From IMG/VR virus record IMGVR_UViG_3300003629_000002: 20,000 nucleotides of DNA; one strand, given 5' to 3'. Below, in pieces: positions 1 to 8,915 of this stretch (positions within the stretch are counted from its first letter, which is position 1; every line of letters begins with the position of its first letter). A model generated the notes under the pieces. It had not been told where the DNA came from. It searched no databases and saw nothing but the letters and a program-made list of their open reading frames with translations. Source of the stretch: an uncultured virus (IMG/VR IMGVR_UViG_3300003629_000002). Its lineage: Duplodnaviria > Heunggongvirae > Uroviricota > Caudoviricetes. The position numbers and the translations under genes are program-made.

Positions 1-302
1 TCAATGATTTGTGGCTTTGTCCCGCGAGACTTGAACGACCTGACGACAGACTTGAGGAAACTCCTATACTCAGCGTCAGTCCTCCCGTCACGACGCCCGA
101 CTACTCCAAACATTGCACCGATTTCGTCAAGTTCGTCGCCGGTTGCGGTGTCGATGTAGTGGCTTTCCTCAATTTGCTCTATATCAAGACCCGCTTGCTC
201 AACTTCTGTATTAAATGCGTCGATGAAGCGCCGCCAATTCGAACTTTCTTTGACGGGGTGAATCTCGGGGAACTTGTTCAGCAGGCTCTCAAAGTGAGAC
301 AT
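1..302 (-). CDS. Baseplate wedge protein, P2 gpI / Mu gp48-like (partial, runs off the window start)
   Basis: Not in the ORF track; translated by hand. The ATG at 300-302 overlaps the baseplate J stop (TAATG). Sequence: MSHFESLLNKFPEIHPVKESSNWRRFIDAFNTEVEQAGLDIEQIEESHYIDTATGDELDEIGAMFGVVGRRDGRTDAEYRSFLKSVVRSFKSRGTKPQII. The 'IDTATGxxLDxIGxxFG..R....D..YR....RGT' pattern and the position after J are typical of this family. Confidence 0.8.
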   Translation of the reverse strand, partial: MSHFESLLNKFPEIHPVKESSNWRRFIDAFNTEVEQAGLDIEQIEESHYIDTATGDELDEIGAMFGVVGRRDGRTDAEYRSFLKSVVRSFKSRGTKPQII

Positions 303-2185
303 TATTGAACTGTCACCTCAGATTCATTAAGTACGGCAATCTCCTCGATTCCAGCCTCAATGTCTTCACGAACTTCGTAGTCCACGAAGAAGTCAGTTGA
401 ATCGTCAGGCGTGTATCCAATGAACGCTTGTTCTCCAAGTGGTTGCGTACTGATACTGCTAAAGGTGGATACTCTTGCTCGTACCCAATAGGTATCAGTA
501 CCGTCGATAGTTGTAGAGGTCCAATCATCAGGAACATCCCAACTTACTCGATTCGTACCAGCGTTTGTAAACGCACCCGTATCGTCAGTCACATTCGAGA
601 GTGCGCTCCACGCAGAGCCATCGTAATACTCCCACGTAATTGCATACGTACCAGCACCAGCCGTACTAACATTAAGGTCAAATCGACCGAACTCCGAGGG
701 TGCGCCGAAGTAGTACGCATCACCTTCAGCGGGTGACGATGGAAGAAGCGTCATATCGTCTGTCGTACTGTTATTAGCCGCAGTCGTTTCATCTGTAAAC
801 GCGCCGCCGTCTTCCGCTTTCGCGCCAGTCAGATTAGGGTCGAGGCTCCAGTCAATAGAGTCTTGTGGCTCACTTTCGTCAGAAGCAACGCTGTTCCACT
901 CGCGGTAGTCAACGTCCTCGTTGAAGGTCACGCTTGCGCCGTCGAGTGTCCCGGTAACTTCCGTAATCCCGACGTTATCTTCGTCGTCAGACGCAAGGTT
1001 TTTGTCAAAGGAGTATACGTTGGTTCCAGTTGAGAACGTAAATGTCTCGTTGTTGATTTCGATAATTAGTGTCGAAATATTCTCAATATCGGCGTCAGCA
1101 TTCATAATTCTCTGAACAATTTGGTCTTTATATACCGATTCGTCAAGTTCAATCTGCGCGAAGTAGTCGGCAATTGCTTCCTCGACTGCCGTCACGTCAA
1201 TACCACTTCCGACGAGTTCAGCAATGACGTTTACTTGGATTTCTACTGGTCGAATGAGAATGTGCTGAACGCCAGCAGGTCTGCCATCCTCGATTGCATC
1301 CTCGACTCCTGAATCAGTTCCGCCGAATGCGATAACGTGGACGTGTGGATACGAGCCGTGTTCAGCGTCTCCTGTAACTTTTTCGTCAATAATTACTGAA
1401 GACGCGCCTGAATTACTTTCAACGAATCCTTTTACACCGTCAACTGTTCCGCCATCAACGGATTCAATAATCGCGGCCTTCACGTCCTCGCGCAATTCAG
1501 CGTCCGTTTGTTCATCCTCGCCACCGCTTGTCGCAAGGGGATTCGTAACGCCGCTGATTCCAGTCGGAGGACTCGGCATATAGGTAACTGTATTGTTTCC
1601 AACGTTGTAATCAGTACCTCTTTCCTCTGCGCGAATTGCAACCTGCTTCGTTTCAGCACCAGTAAACTGAACGTCATCCCACGAGTCTTCGTCTATAAGA
1701 GAGAAGTCTCCACCAGATTCTCCCATTACGAAAAACTCGAAGAAGTCGCCGTCAGAGTCAGGTTGTGTCGCAAAGGACGTGCCTGCTTCGAGTGTTGTTG
1801 TAGTGGTACTTGTCACGTCAAGGTCGCCCGTTGCATATTCTCCGGGGTCACGAGAAACTCCGAACGCAACAGCGAACTGCTCTAACTGTTCAGAGTTCTG
1901 GTACTCGTTCAACTCGTTGACGGTTGCTCCGTCAATGCCGAGTTCGTCAAGGTCTTCTGCTGTTAAATCTTTGCCAACATAATTAACCCATCCAGATAGT
2001 TGCGCTGATGTTGCGGCAACTTCTTGCTGGTGTTGCTGTCGAGCAAAGGCATTTGTGAAAATGTAGTTGAAGGAGGTCGGTGCGAAGTTACTCAACTTAT
2101 CAGCCGCTTGACTGAAGTTAGACTCCAGATTACTCTTAATCGCCTGATAAATTTCGCTGTCTGTCCGTGGGTCAATTGCTGTCAT
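302..2185 (-). CDS. Baseplate J-like wedge protein with inserted C-terminal domains
   Basis: 627 aa. Shows baseplate J motifs (LEQFAVAFGVSRDPGEYATG, AEERGTDYNV, VTNPLATSGGEDEQTDAELR, GGTVDGVK, RPAGV) and lies between the gp25-like and gpI-like genes. Confidence 0.9.
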   Translation of the reverse strand: MTAIDPRTDSEIYQAIKSNLESNFSQAADKLSNFAPTSFNYIFTNAFARQQHQQEVAATSAQLSGWVNYVGKDLTAEDLDELGIDGATVNELNEYQNSEQLEQFAVAFGVSRDPGEYATGDLDVTSTTTTTLEAGTSFATQPDSDGDFFEFFVMGESGGDFSLIDEDSWDDVQFTGAETKQVAIRAEERGTDYNVGNNTVTYMPSPPTGISGVTNPLATSGGEDEQTDAELREDVKAAIIESVDGGTVDGVKGFVESNSGASSVIIDEKVTGDAEHGSYPHVHVIAFGGTDSGVEDAIEDGRPAGVQHILIRPVEIQVNVIAELVGSGIDVTAVEEAIADYFAQIELDESVYKDQIVQRIMNADADIENISTLIIEINNETFTFSTGTNVYSFDKNLASDDEDNVGITEVTGTLDGASVTFNEDVDYREWNSVASDESEPQDSIDWSLDPNLTGAKAEDGGAFTDETTAANNSTTDDMTLLPSSPAEGDAYYFGAPSEFGRFDLNVSTAGAGTYAITWEYYDGSAWSALSNVTDDTGAFTNAGTNRVSWDVPDDWTSTTIDGTDTYWVRARVSTFSSISTQPLGEQAFIGYTPDDSTDFFVDYEVREDIEAGIEEIAVLNESEVTVQ

Positions 2186-2532
2186 ACTTCCACCGTAAAG
2201 ATTAAATCAGTTTCAACTTCATCTGCACCGAAGATAATCGCCCGAAGGCGAACATCAATTGCGTCATTGTTATCTTCATTTGCTGTTACTTCAACCTCTG
2301 TGACTCGATTAAGACGTGGGTCACGGCTGAGAACAGTCGCAAGTGTGTTCTCAATTTGTGAGAAATTAGATGGAATAAGCGGCGTCCCAGTTTCCTCAGT
2401 TAAACGTACAGCCGAGATATACGCAAGGTCTTTTTCGAGTTCATCCTCACCGCGTGATGCCTTAATGTCACCTGTCTCGTCTACAATTAAATCCCAATCG
2501 GAGTCGAGGGCTATACCGTTACCGTAAGACAT
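2182..2532 (-). CDS. gp25/gpW-like baseplate wedge / sheath initiator protein
   Basis: About 116 aa from MSYGNG. The ATG at 2532, preceded by GAGGAGG, is preferred over the GTG at 2568. 'DLIVDETGDI...GEDELEKDL...VLSRDPRLNRVTEVEV' resembles the gp25 fold, and the gene directly precedes J. Confidence 0.8.
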   Translation of the reverse strand: MSYGNGIALDSDWDLIVDETGDIKASRGEDELEKDLAYISAVRLTEETGTPLIPSNFSQIENTLATVLSRDPRLNRVTEVEVTANEDNNDAIDVRLRAIIFGADEVETDLIFTVEV

Positions 2533-2597
2533 TATAATCCTCCTCGCAAATTGGGCTACCTGTTCCACACCTTACTGTTATATATACACTCATCATA

Positions 2598-2610
2598 CTT
2601 AAACCTTTCG
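2598..2610 (-). promoter_or_regulatory. Haloarchaeal-type BRE + TATA promoter (CGAAAGGTTTAAG)
   Basis: The minus strand reads CGAAAGGTTTAAG just after the PAAR-like stop, in an AT-rich intergenic gap of about 80 bp. The layout matches the promoter at 17030-17042. Confidence 0.55.
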
Positions 2611-2611
2611 A

Positions 2612-2995
2612 TTATGTTGTCTCGACCACGCTGTTGTTGCTCCCAGTATTGTCGATTTCGACAGGTCCACCTGTTCCGGGGTCCGTCGCCTCTGCTTGAA
2701 CATCGTCCTTTACATAGAGAGGGCTTCCGTTCACCGTGACAGATTGCGAGACAACCGATGGGTCGATGTCGTGACTCTGAAACGAGCCGCACGTTGGCGG
2801 GTCGCCGGAGTACGAGTGAGCGTGACTATCGAAATGAATGTCGGCGGTTGCCGTAGTAGCAACAGGCGTTCCATTTATGGAGACGCTCTGCGGCGCTCTG
2901 TTTTCGACAGTCCCCGGTGCTGGTTCCGTACAACTACTCGGGTGTCCGAAAGCGGTCGCGTCAGCACCTTCCAGCACAATAGTCTTCTCTACCAT
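2612..2995 (-). CDS. PAAR-like spike tip protein
   Basis: 127 aa directly after the spike gene. Contains repeated 'SVSINGTPVA' and 'SVTVNGSPLY' segments and His/Cys residues (GHPSSC, SHAH, TC..QSH) consistent with PAAR metal ligands. Confidence 0.75.
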   Translation of the reverse strand: MVEKTIVLEGADATAFGHPSSCTEPAPGTVENRAPQSVSINGTPVATTATADIHFDSHAHSYSGDPPTCGSFQSHDIDPSVVSQSVTVNGSPLYVKDDVQAEATDPGTGGPVEIDNTGSNNSVVETT

Positions 2996-3567
2996 GAGAT
3001 TTTACTCCCATCATCAACAAAGTCTACACTTTTCTCGTACCACGTAAAGTTTCCATTTCCATCAGAGACGATTCCATAACCAGAGCCGTCTCCAATCTTA
3101 AACGAGCCATCTTCCGATATTTCGAAGCCGCCTTTTGGTGTCGCGTCATCGCCTTCTGGCTTGAATGAGACTCGTGCCCAGTCGCCATCAGGATGCATCT
3201 CGATATAGAGGTCGCCACGGTTATATCTGATTGTTCCTGCTTCAGCAAGTGGCGCACGGTCTTGGTCGTTATAGAGAACCTGTGTCACGATTGGAAACTC
3301 ACCGGAACCGTGTTCATCGAGGAAGTGAATCATAACCATATCTTCCTTCTTTGGAACGTGTACCATTCCTGCACCGGGAGCCGCAACGGGAACATTACGC
3401 CGTTCCTGAACCTCATCTCGAAGTAGAACGTTAACCTCGAAATTAGAAAAGTCGTCATCTGACGTATGTTCTTCAACGCTCTGCACAATACCAATCTGCG
3501 GCATCTGCACAGACTGCTCGATTACTTGCTCGATGTATTTTGCTTCGGTTCTGTCAAATTCTGTCAT
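2989..3567 (-). CDS. Baseplate central spike (P2 gpV / Mu gp45-like)
   Basis: 192 aa. N-terminal OB-fold pattern (IGIVQSV...VPVAAPGAGMVHVPKKEDMVMIHFLD...PIVTQVLY), followed by beta-strand repeats (IEMHPDG, FEISEDGSFKI, IVSDGNGNFT). Confidence 0.85.
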   Translation of the reverse strand: MTEFDRTEAKYIEQVIEQSVQMPQIGIVQSVEEHTSDDDFSNFEVNVLLRDEVQERRNVPVAAPGAGMVHVPKKEDMVMIHFLDEHGSGEFPIVTQVLYNDQDRAPLAEAGTIRYNRGDLYIEMHPDGDWARVSFKPEGDDATPKGGFEISEDGSFKIGDGSGYGIVSDGNGNFTWYEKSVDFVDDGSKISW

Positions 3568-4913
3568 TGTTCAACACTATATTCTCCTTCTTCCGAACTG
3601 AGTACGATTTCCCCGTCTTGATACTCGAACACAGGTCCGCTGTAACGACCAGCAATACCCGCGCATTCAACTTTAGTAACGTACCCATCCGAACCATTCA
3701 GTCGATGCGAAACCTTTCCTACGAGGTACTGCGCTGGTTCAATGAACTCTCCTTGCGAAGTCTGTCCGAACCGCTTCGGCATTTCAACAACGTCGAGTAT
3801 ATCTACCATTGGACGACCAACAATTGTAATCGAGCCACCAGCCTGTTGCTCCTGTAATTCATTGAGAATCTTATTTCGGATTCGTTGGGCTTCCTCCTTC
3901 GTCTTAATAGACTTATTCTTATAGGTAAAGATAGGCTCTTTTAATTCTTGGTCTGTGCTGGATGCTTGCTGAACTGCCGCGATTTCCTCCTCGGTAAATC
4001 CAATTCGTTGGAGGTCAGCGGTCGTCCCATCATATCCGCCATACGGTTGACCACCAGCCTCGACGCTTCCAACAGAGATTACGCCATCTTTTGAAATTAG
4101 TTTCTTTGCTTCACGTCCAGACTCGGAGGATATTCCGTCTCCGACGACTCGGACGCTTCTATACGGAGGCGTCTGTTTTCCTGCGCTTGTTTCAGTAACC
4201 CAATCTAAGCGATGAATACTCGTTTCAGTTGGGCCAAAACGAAGTACGTTAAATGCATCGACCCACCAATTTACGTTGACTGCTTTTGCAAGGTCGTCGA
4301 GTACGTCAGCACACTTAACTTGTGTATACTGTCTTGAAATTTCTAATCCTTCTTTTGTTGCATTTCTCGGGACATTTGCCCGTGTTTTTTGAACAATGTC
4401 TACGTATCCAAGAGATACATTCTCCTCTGGATTTTCAATATTAATATCTGCTTCAAGGTCAGGAATAATGCTTGAGTCTTTCTCCGAATTTACCTTATCG
4501 ACAATCTCTTGCACGAGTGAAGAAACGACAGTTTCACCATCGCCGGTTGAGAAGTTGAGTTTAATTTTCTTGAGGTCAAGAATGAAATCAACTGCGTCAA
4601 CTTCCCATAGTCCTTTCTGCATCTGGAACGAGTTTGAAACGTATCCAGTAAAGACTCTGTATAATTCATCAGGGTCGTCACTTTTTGAGCGTCCAGCATT
4701 CTCGATGAATGATGTGCGCGGTCCTAATCTGATGATAATTTCAGTTCCTTCAACTGGGACTATATCGCCTTCCTGTTCGGGGTCAGGAATTACCATCATT
4801 CTTGCTGTATCAGTCTCGTTATATCTCGAACGAGAGACATCCATATCTGTCGGAATCCATTTGTTTCCGCCAATCTGAATGTCAATAGCAATATCGTGTT
4901 CGATTATCGTCAT
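3564..4913 (-). CDS. Baseplate hub protein (P2 gpD / Mu gp44 / T4 gp27-like)
   Basis: 449 aa between the initiator and spike genes. Motifs VFTGYV, 'DVLDDLAKAVNVNWWVDAFNVLRFGP', 'SITIVGRP' and 'YLVGKVSHRLNGSDGYVTKVE' are typical of hub proteins. Confidence 0.85.
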   Translation of the reverse strand: MTIIEHDIAIDIQIGGNKWIPTDMDVSRSRYNETDTARMMVIPDPEQEGDIVPVEGTEIIIRLGPRTSFIENAGRSKSDDPDELYRVFTGYVSNSFQMQKGLWEVDAVDFILDLKKIKLNFSTGDGETVVSSLVQEIVDKVNSEKDSSIIPDLEADINIENPEENVSLGYVDIVQKTRANVPRNATKEGLEISRQYTQVKCADVLDDLAKAVNVNWWVDAFNVLRFGPTETSIHRLDWVTETSAGKQTPPYRSVRVVGDGISSESGREAKKLISKDGVISVGSVEAGGQPYGGYDGTTADLQRIGFTEEEIAAVQQASSTDQELKEPIFTYKNKSIKTKEEAQRIRNKILNELQEQQAGGSITIVGRPMVDILDVVEMPKRFGQTSQGEFIEPAQYLVGKVSHRLNGSDGYVTKVECAGIAGRYSGPVFEYQDGEIVLSSEEGEYSVEQ

Positions 4914-5521
4914 CTATCAACCTCTACCAATTCAATGCCGAACGTGTGCGTGAATTGTCCATCAAGGTCGATTGCGCCTCCATCTTCCAATGGGCTTGTC
5001 GAAGTAGCCGCAACCTGACAAACACCAGAATATCGGCTACTAATTATCTCAATTGTAGCCTCATATCGGAGATTATCGAGAAGCAATGCTTCCATTGCCG
5101 TACAAACTCCCTCGATAGAGATTTCGACAAGTCCGGGTCCGATTCGTTGTCGAACAATTGGCCCGTCGATGGTCGCGTGTTCGGTAAATCGTGCGCTCGA
5201 ATTAACTGATACGTTTGGCTGGTCGTACTTCAACTGAAAGATGAGTCCACCATTATCAGTAAATCCTTGCGTGTCTCCTGAACTTCGAATCCGATTCTTC
5301 TGACGCTCGGCCTGTTGTGCGCTGATGAACCCTGCTTGTCGAAGTTGATTAATCCCTTCGATTGTGTTCTGTGTCGCGCCTTCAGGAAGACCCATCTCCG
5401 CGATTCTGGTCCCGCGACTCTCAAGTTCTGAAACTGAAACGGGAACATTATCGCGCTGGATTCCTGAAATAGTTACAGGCTCACGGTCGTCAATAAGCGT
5501 ATTGTCTTCTTGTAATACCAT
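4910..5521 (-). CDS. Tail tube initiator-like protein (P2 gpU-like) with N-terminal extension
   Basis: 203 aa after the tape measure gene. The C-terminal half 'ARFTEHATIDGPIVRQRIGPGLVEISIEG...FGIELVEV' resembles the gpU/tube-initiator pattern. Confidence 0.7.
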   Translation of the reverse strand: MVLQEDNTLIDDREPVTISGIQRDNVPVSVSELESRGTRIAEMGLPEGATQNTIEGINQLRQAGFISAQQAERQKNRIRSSGDTQGFTDNGGLIFQLKYDQPNVSVNSSARFTEHATIDGPIVRQRIGPGLVEISIEGVCTAMEALLLDNLRYEATIEIISSRYSGVCQVAATSTSPLEDGGAIDLDGQFTHTFGIELVEVDR

Positions 5522-8199
5522 TATCCTGAGAATGCCTCCTTACGACGACGGAAGGTATTCGCTTCTTCCATTGCGTCTCTGACAAGTCCTTTGATTCTCT
5601 GCTTGTCTTCGGGACGAGCATTAATTTCTTCAACGTTGTTATTCGTCTCGTTATAGACTGACACTTCGGGAGTCGGCTGTTTCGTTGGTTGCCGCCCGCC
5701 AACTTCGAAGTCTCTCGAACGGAAGTCAACTTCTTGAAGTCTGCCAACTTCATCAATTCCGTCAACGGGGACGCCGGTAGCGGCAGAAATTGCTTCCTTT
5801 GTTCCGGGCATATCAAGCAATTTATTGTACGAATCAATCATTCTGTTAATGCCTTTGATAAATGTATTGTTAATGAAGTCTTCGAGCGCAGTTGCGGCAA
5901 TGGAAAGTCCTTCTGTGACTGCCGGTCCAACTTCTCGCATTGACTCCATAAAGTCATCGGTTCTATCTGTAAGGTCATTAAATCCTTGACCGATTGCCGC
6001 AACAATCTCATTCATCGGTCCAAGGTCATTTATAAGGAAATCAATGACACCTGCAAGAATTTCGAAGAATCTAATTATTCCGATAGAGAGGATATTGAAT
6101 ATCGTCTGATAGATTGCTGTCCACGCATCTATCCAACCACCAAGAAGACCTGCGCTCTGGTCAATGAGTTCGTTGATTCCACCCATCATATCTGAGAATC
6201 CACTACCGAGATTTAGAATCTCAGAGAATCTCTCGATTCCGACACTAAGTGCATCCTGAAATGCCCAAATTGCACCAACTACAACCAATAAGACTGAGAG
6301 AACAATTGCGAGTTTTGCACTTATCAGACCAAAGACTCCTGTTGCAAGTGTTCTCGCAATTGCCGAAAATGCTGACCGTAAGATTGCGATGGTGTCTTTC
6401 CATCGGAACAGCAGAAGAAGCCCCTGTGCCAATGAAATAAGGAAGTTAGATTCCGCTTCACCAGAGACACCTTCACCGCGTGCCTTCTTAAATTCAGCAA
6501 GACTCTCGTTCAAGGATTCCATACTGCCATCGCTTTCCTCGATGCTGTCAGACAGATTCTCGAAGTCATCAGCCAAGTCTGTGACGAGGAAGTCGAGGTC
6601 CATAATTGCTTTCCCAAGATTCTGGCCTGCGTTAACAGTCTTCTTCAGTAGAAGAATAAATGCGCCTAACTTAAGCGCGTTAACCAGTAAGCCATCAGGA
6701 ATTGAATTGACGACTTTCACAACGTCAGTTAGTGTCTGTAGGAAGACACCGAGAACGGGCAGAACTGCCTTGAATAGTGTGACACCAAAGCGTGAGAACT
6801 CCTTCGTCGTTTCGATTAGTTGCTTACCGAACGCGGCAATAGTTGGCAGGATTCGAACGCCTTGTTCCTCGAAGAACGCAAGAGCGCGTGGGAGCGCATC
6901 CATAAACCAATAGATAAAGTCATTGATAAATGGTGCGAATGCTCTGATTGTTTCTTGAATTTCAACCACCAGATTCGGCATATTGTGGAAGAACGAGCGC
7001 CCGATGTCTGCTTGGAATACAGACAAGAAGTCTTGCATTCCGGCAATACCTCTTGCCGAGATATTGACCAAGCGTGCAACGCCGTCAACAAAGCGTTCGA
7101 GCATCTGGATAGATTGCTGGTTTTGAAGTGGCTCAAGCGCATTCACGAGTTGGTCACGGAATCCTTCCATAACGTGCTGGATTCCCTCCATCGTGCCTTC
7201 CAATTCGGAGTTAGCCTCAGCCGCCTGCTCTCCCATCGTGAGAAGACCAGCGCCGAAGATTCCACCAAACGCAACACCAGCAGTAATTGCCGCCGCAGTT
7301 ACGCCAGCAATCGAGGTCGTAAGACCACCGAATAGCGTAAGCAATGCCGGAATCTGGATAGCCATCTGCCGAAGTTGGAAGTTGAACGGACCAATGTTAA
7401 TAGATGCCGCAAGTGTCTCGAATGAGAACTCCGTAATCTCACGATTGAGGTCGGAGACTTCATCTTCAGCATCTTCTGCCGCTTCTTCCATTCCACGCAT
7501 CGAGGTCGCCCACGCCATTGCCGCAGAACTGCTCTGCCCCATTGCAATAGCCTGTTCGTATAGTTCCTCGTTAACGTCGTCAAGTTTTTCGGCAAGAGCG
7601 CCAGCACTTAACCGAGCGTTAACCATTGATTCGGCTTCCTCATTAATGGACGCTTGTGTAACGCCAGCCGCTCGCGCAAGTGCCTTGTTATTACCTTCAG
7701 CAATCTCCTTCATTTCCGCGAGTGAAAGCGAATCTTCAGCGGCTCGCGCAAATGCATCAGCCTCTTGGTCAATTCTGCGTTCTGTTTCTTGCGTTACAGA
7801 ACCAAGAACACCTTGCTGAGAGGCGACCTTATCCACGCCTTGCTCAAGTTGGTCGAGTTGCCTAATAGAGTCACCAATATCAGGAACTTGGAAATCTGCT
7901 TGCCTGACGCCTCGGCCACCCTCTCCGCCGAACATTTGGGCACGTTCTCTCTCGGAGAACATATCCCCAATTGTGGTATCAAGTCCCTCGAAGTCGCTTT
8001 GAGCGCGGTGGACCTGCTGTCGAACTTCTTTGAGTTCATCGGAGACGCGCTCTCCCATACCGTCACCGATGTTATCCATCGAGGAATCAGTAGCCTGCGC
8101 GACAGCCGCAGTCTCCCCAAGTTCTTTCTGTATTCCGTTTAACTTGCGTTGAGCGTTTTCGGATAGTCTTACGTTTAGGTCAATATCTCGTGTTGCCAT
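5521..8199 (-). CDS. Tail tape measure protein
   Basis: 892 aa, helical and Ala/Gly-rich, with hydrophobic TM-like segments. It follows the chaperone gene and starts 'MATRDIDLNVRLSENA', as is typical of TMPs. Confidence 0.9.
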   Translation of the reverse strand: MATRDIDLNVRLSENAQRKLNGIQKELGETAAVAQATDSSMDNIGDGMGERVSDELKEVRQQVHRAQSDFEGLDTTIGDMFSERERAQMFGGEGGRGVRQADFQVPDIGDSIRQLDQLEQGVDKVASQQGVLGSVTQETERRIDQEADAFARAAEDSLSLAEMKEIAEGNNKALARAAGVTQASINEEAESMVNARLSAGALAEKLDDVNEELYEQAIAMGQSSSAAMAWATSMRGMEEAAEDAEDEVSDLNREITEFSFETLAASINIGPFNFQLRQMAIQIPALLTLFGGLTTSIAGVTAAAITAGVAFGGIFGAGLLTMGEQAAEANSELEGTMEGIQHVMEGFRDQLVNALEPLQNQQSIQMLERFVDGVARLVNISARGIAGMQDFLSVFQADIGRSFFHNMPNLVVEIQETIRAFAPFINDFIYWFMDALPRALAFFEEQGVRILPTIAAFGKQLIETTKEFSRFGVTLFKAVLPVLGVFLQTLTDVVKVVNSIPDGLLVNALKLGAFILLLKKTVNAGQNLGKAIMDLDFLVTDLADDFENLSDSIEESDGSMESLNESLAEFKKARGEGVSGEAESNFLISLAQGLLLLFRWKDTIAILRSAFSAIARTLATGVFGLISAKLAIVLSVLLVVVGAIWAFQDALSVGIERFSEILNLGSGFSDMMGGINELIDQSAGLLGGWIDAWTAIYQTIFNILSIGIIRFFEILAGVIDFLINDLGPMNEIVAAIGQGFNDLTDRTDDFMESMREVGPAVTEGLSIAATALEDFINNTFIKGINRMIDSYNKLLDMPGTKEAISAATGVPVDGIDEVGRLQEVDFRSRDFEVGGRQPTKQPTPEVSVYNETNNNVEEINARPEDKQRIKGLVRDAMEEANTFRRRKEAFSG

Positions 8200-8202
8200 A
8201 AT

Positions 8203-8430
8203 TTATAGATTGGGGTTTCTGGACACGCCAGAGTCTTCTTGTCGCATTCGTTTACGTTCTTCCTTCGCGTGGAATAGGAAGTGTAATTGTCCCTCTGTCA
8301 ATTCATCTGCAAAGGCTTTTCGTTTCTTTCTCTGAATTTGACCAGAGTCAGTAACAGTTCGTTCAGTTACAGAGAATGGATGCCCATGCTCAATTGCATA
8401 GAACAGTTGTTGTCCTATCCCTGTTCGTGA
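8203..8430 (-). CDS. Predicted -1 frameshift extension of the tail assembly chaperone (gpT-like part of a gpGT fusion)
   Basis: An open -1 frame with no suitable start codon fills the gap to the TMP: SRTGIGQQLFYAIEHGHPFSVTERTVTDSGQIQRKKRKAFADELTEGQLHFLFHAKEERKRMRQEDSGVSRNPNL*. Candidate slip site GAT TTT C at 8429-8435. The stop lies 3 nt before the TMP ATG. Confidence 0.75.
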   Translation of the reverse strand, partial: SRTGIGQQLFYAIEHGHPFSVTERTVTDSGQIQRKKRKAFADELTEGQLHFLFHAKEERKRMRQEDSGVSRNPNL

Positions 8431-8861
8431 AAATCTTGAATTGCACCGTCGTTCTCCATCGAGTAGGAGATAACTTCAGTACCAAGTGCGAGTAGTGCCT
8501 CAAAGTTGAGACTCTCCACAATGTCATTCATCTGCGGCGGTGCAAGGTCTTCGTGAACAAGCGATGCTTGCACGAGGTCTTGGAACGCCTCGATGGTATT
8601 ATCGTCAATGTCGTTCATTGAGAGGCCGTCGCTCGATTCAATTGCTTCCTCTGCCTCCTCGACAGAATCAGCCTCCTCTGCCGCCTCGAACATTGCATCA
8701 GGAAGACGCGAAATCGTGGATGTAAGTGTCGGCTTATCCACGGGATGCATCTCAACTCCTGTAAGCGTTGAACCGCTCTTGTGTTCAAGGTTAATGGTCT
8801 TGTAATCCTCTACGCCCTGCGTTACTCTTTTGTAAAAGTCAATTGCTTCTTCTTCTTGCAT
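8415..8861 (-). CDS. Tail assembly chaperone (lambda gpG-like position)
   Basis: 148-aa acidic protein between the tube and TMP genes, ending ...IQDFHEQG and overlapped by an open -1 frame. Confidence 0.8.
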   Translation of the reverse strand: MQEEEAIDFYKRVTQGVEDYKTINLEHKSGSTLTGVEMHPVDKPTLTSTISRLPDAMFEAAEEADSVEEAEEAIESSDGLSMNDIDDNTIEAFQDLVQASLVHEDLAPPQMNDIVESLNFEALLALGTEVISYSMENDGAIQDFHEQG

Positions 8862-8915
8862 AATTAGTAATACCTAAGTTACAGTAGTTACAACCTTATC
8901 ACTCGACCATACTTG

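Noticed and set aside
9..308. 99-aa plus-strand ORF
   Set aside because: Antisense to the gpI-like wedge gene, which has family motifs and a coupled start.
8877..8892. Short direct repeat AGTTACA-GT-AGTTACA upstream of the chaperone gene
   Set aside because: Only 7 bp in two copies in AT-rich DNA, so it may be chance; not a CRISPR or iteron array.
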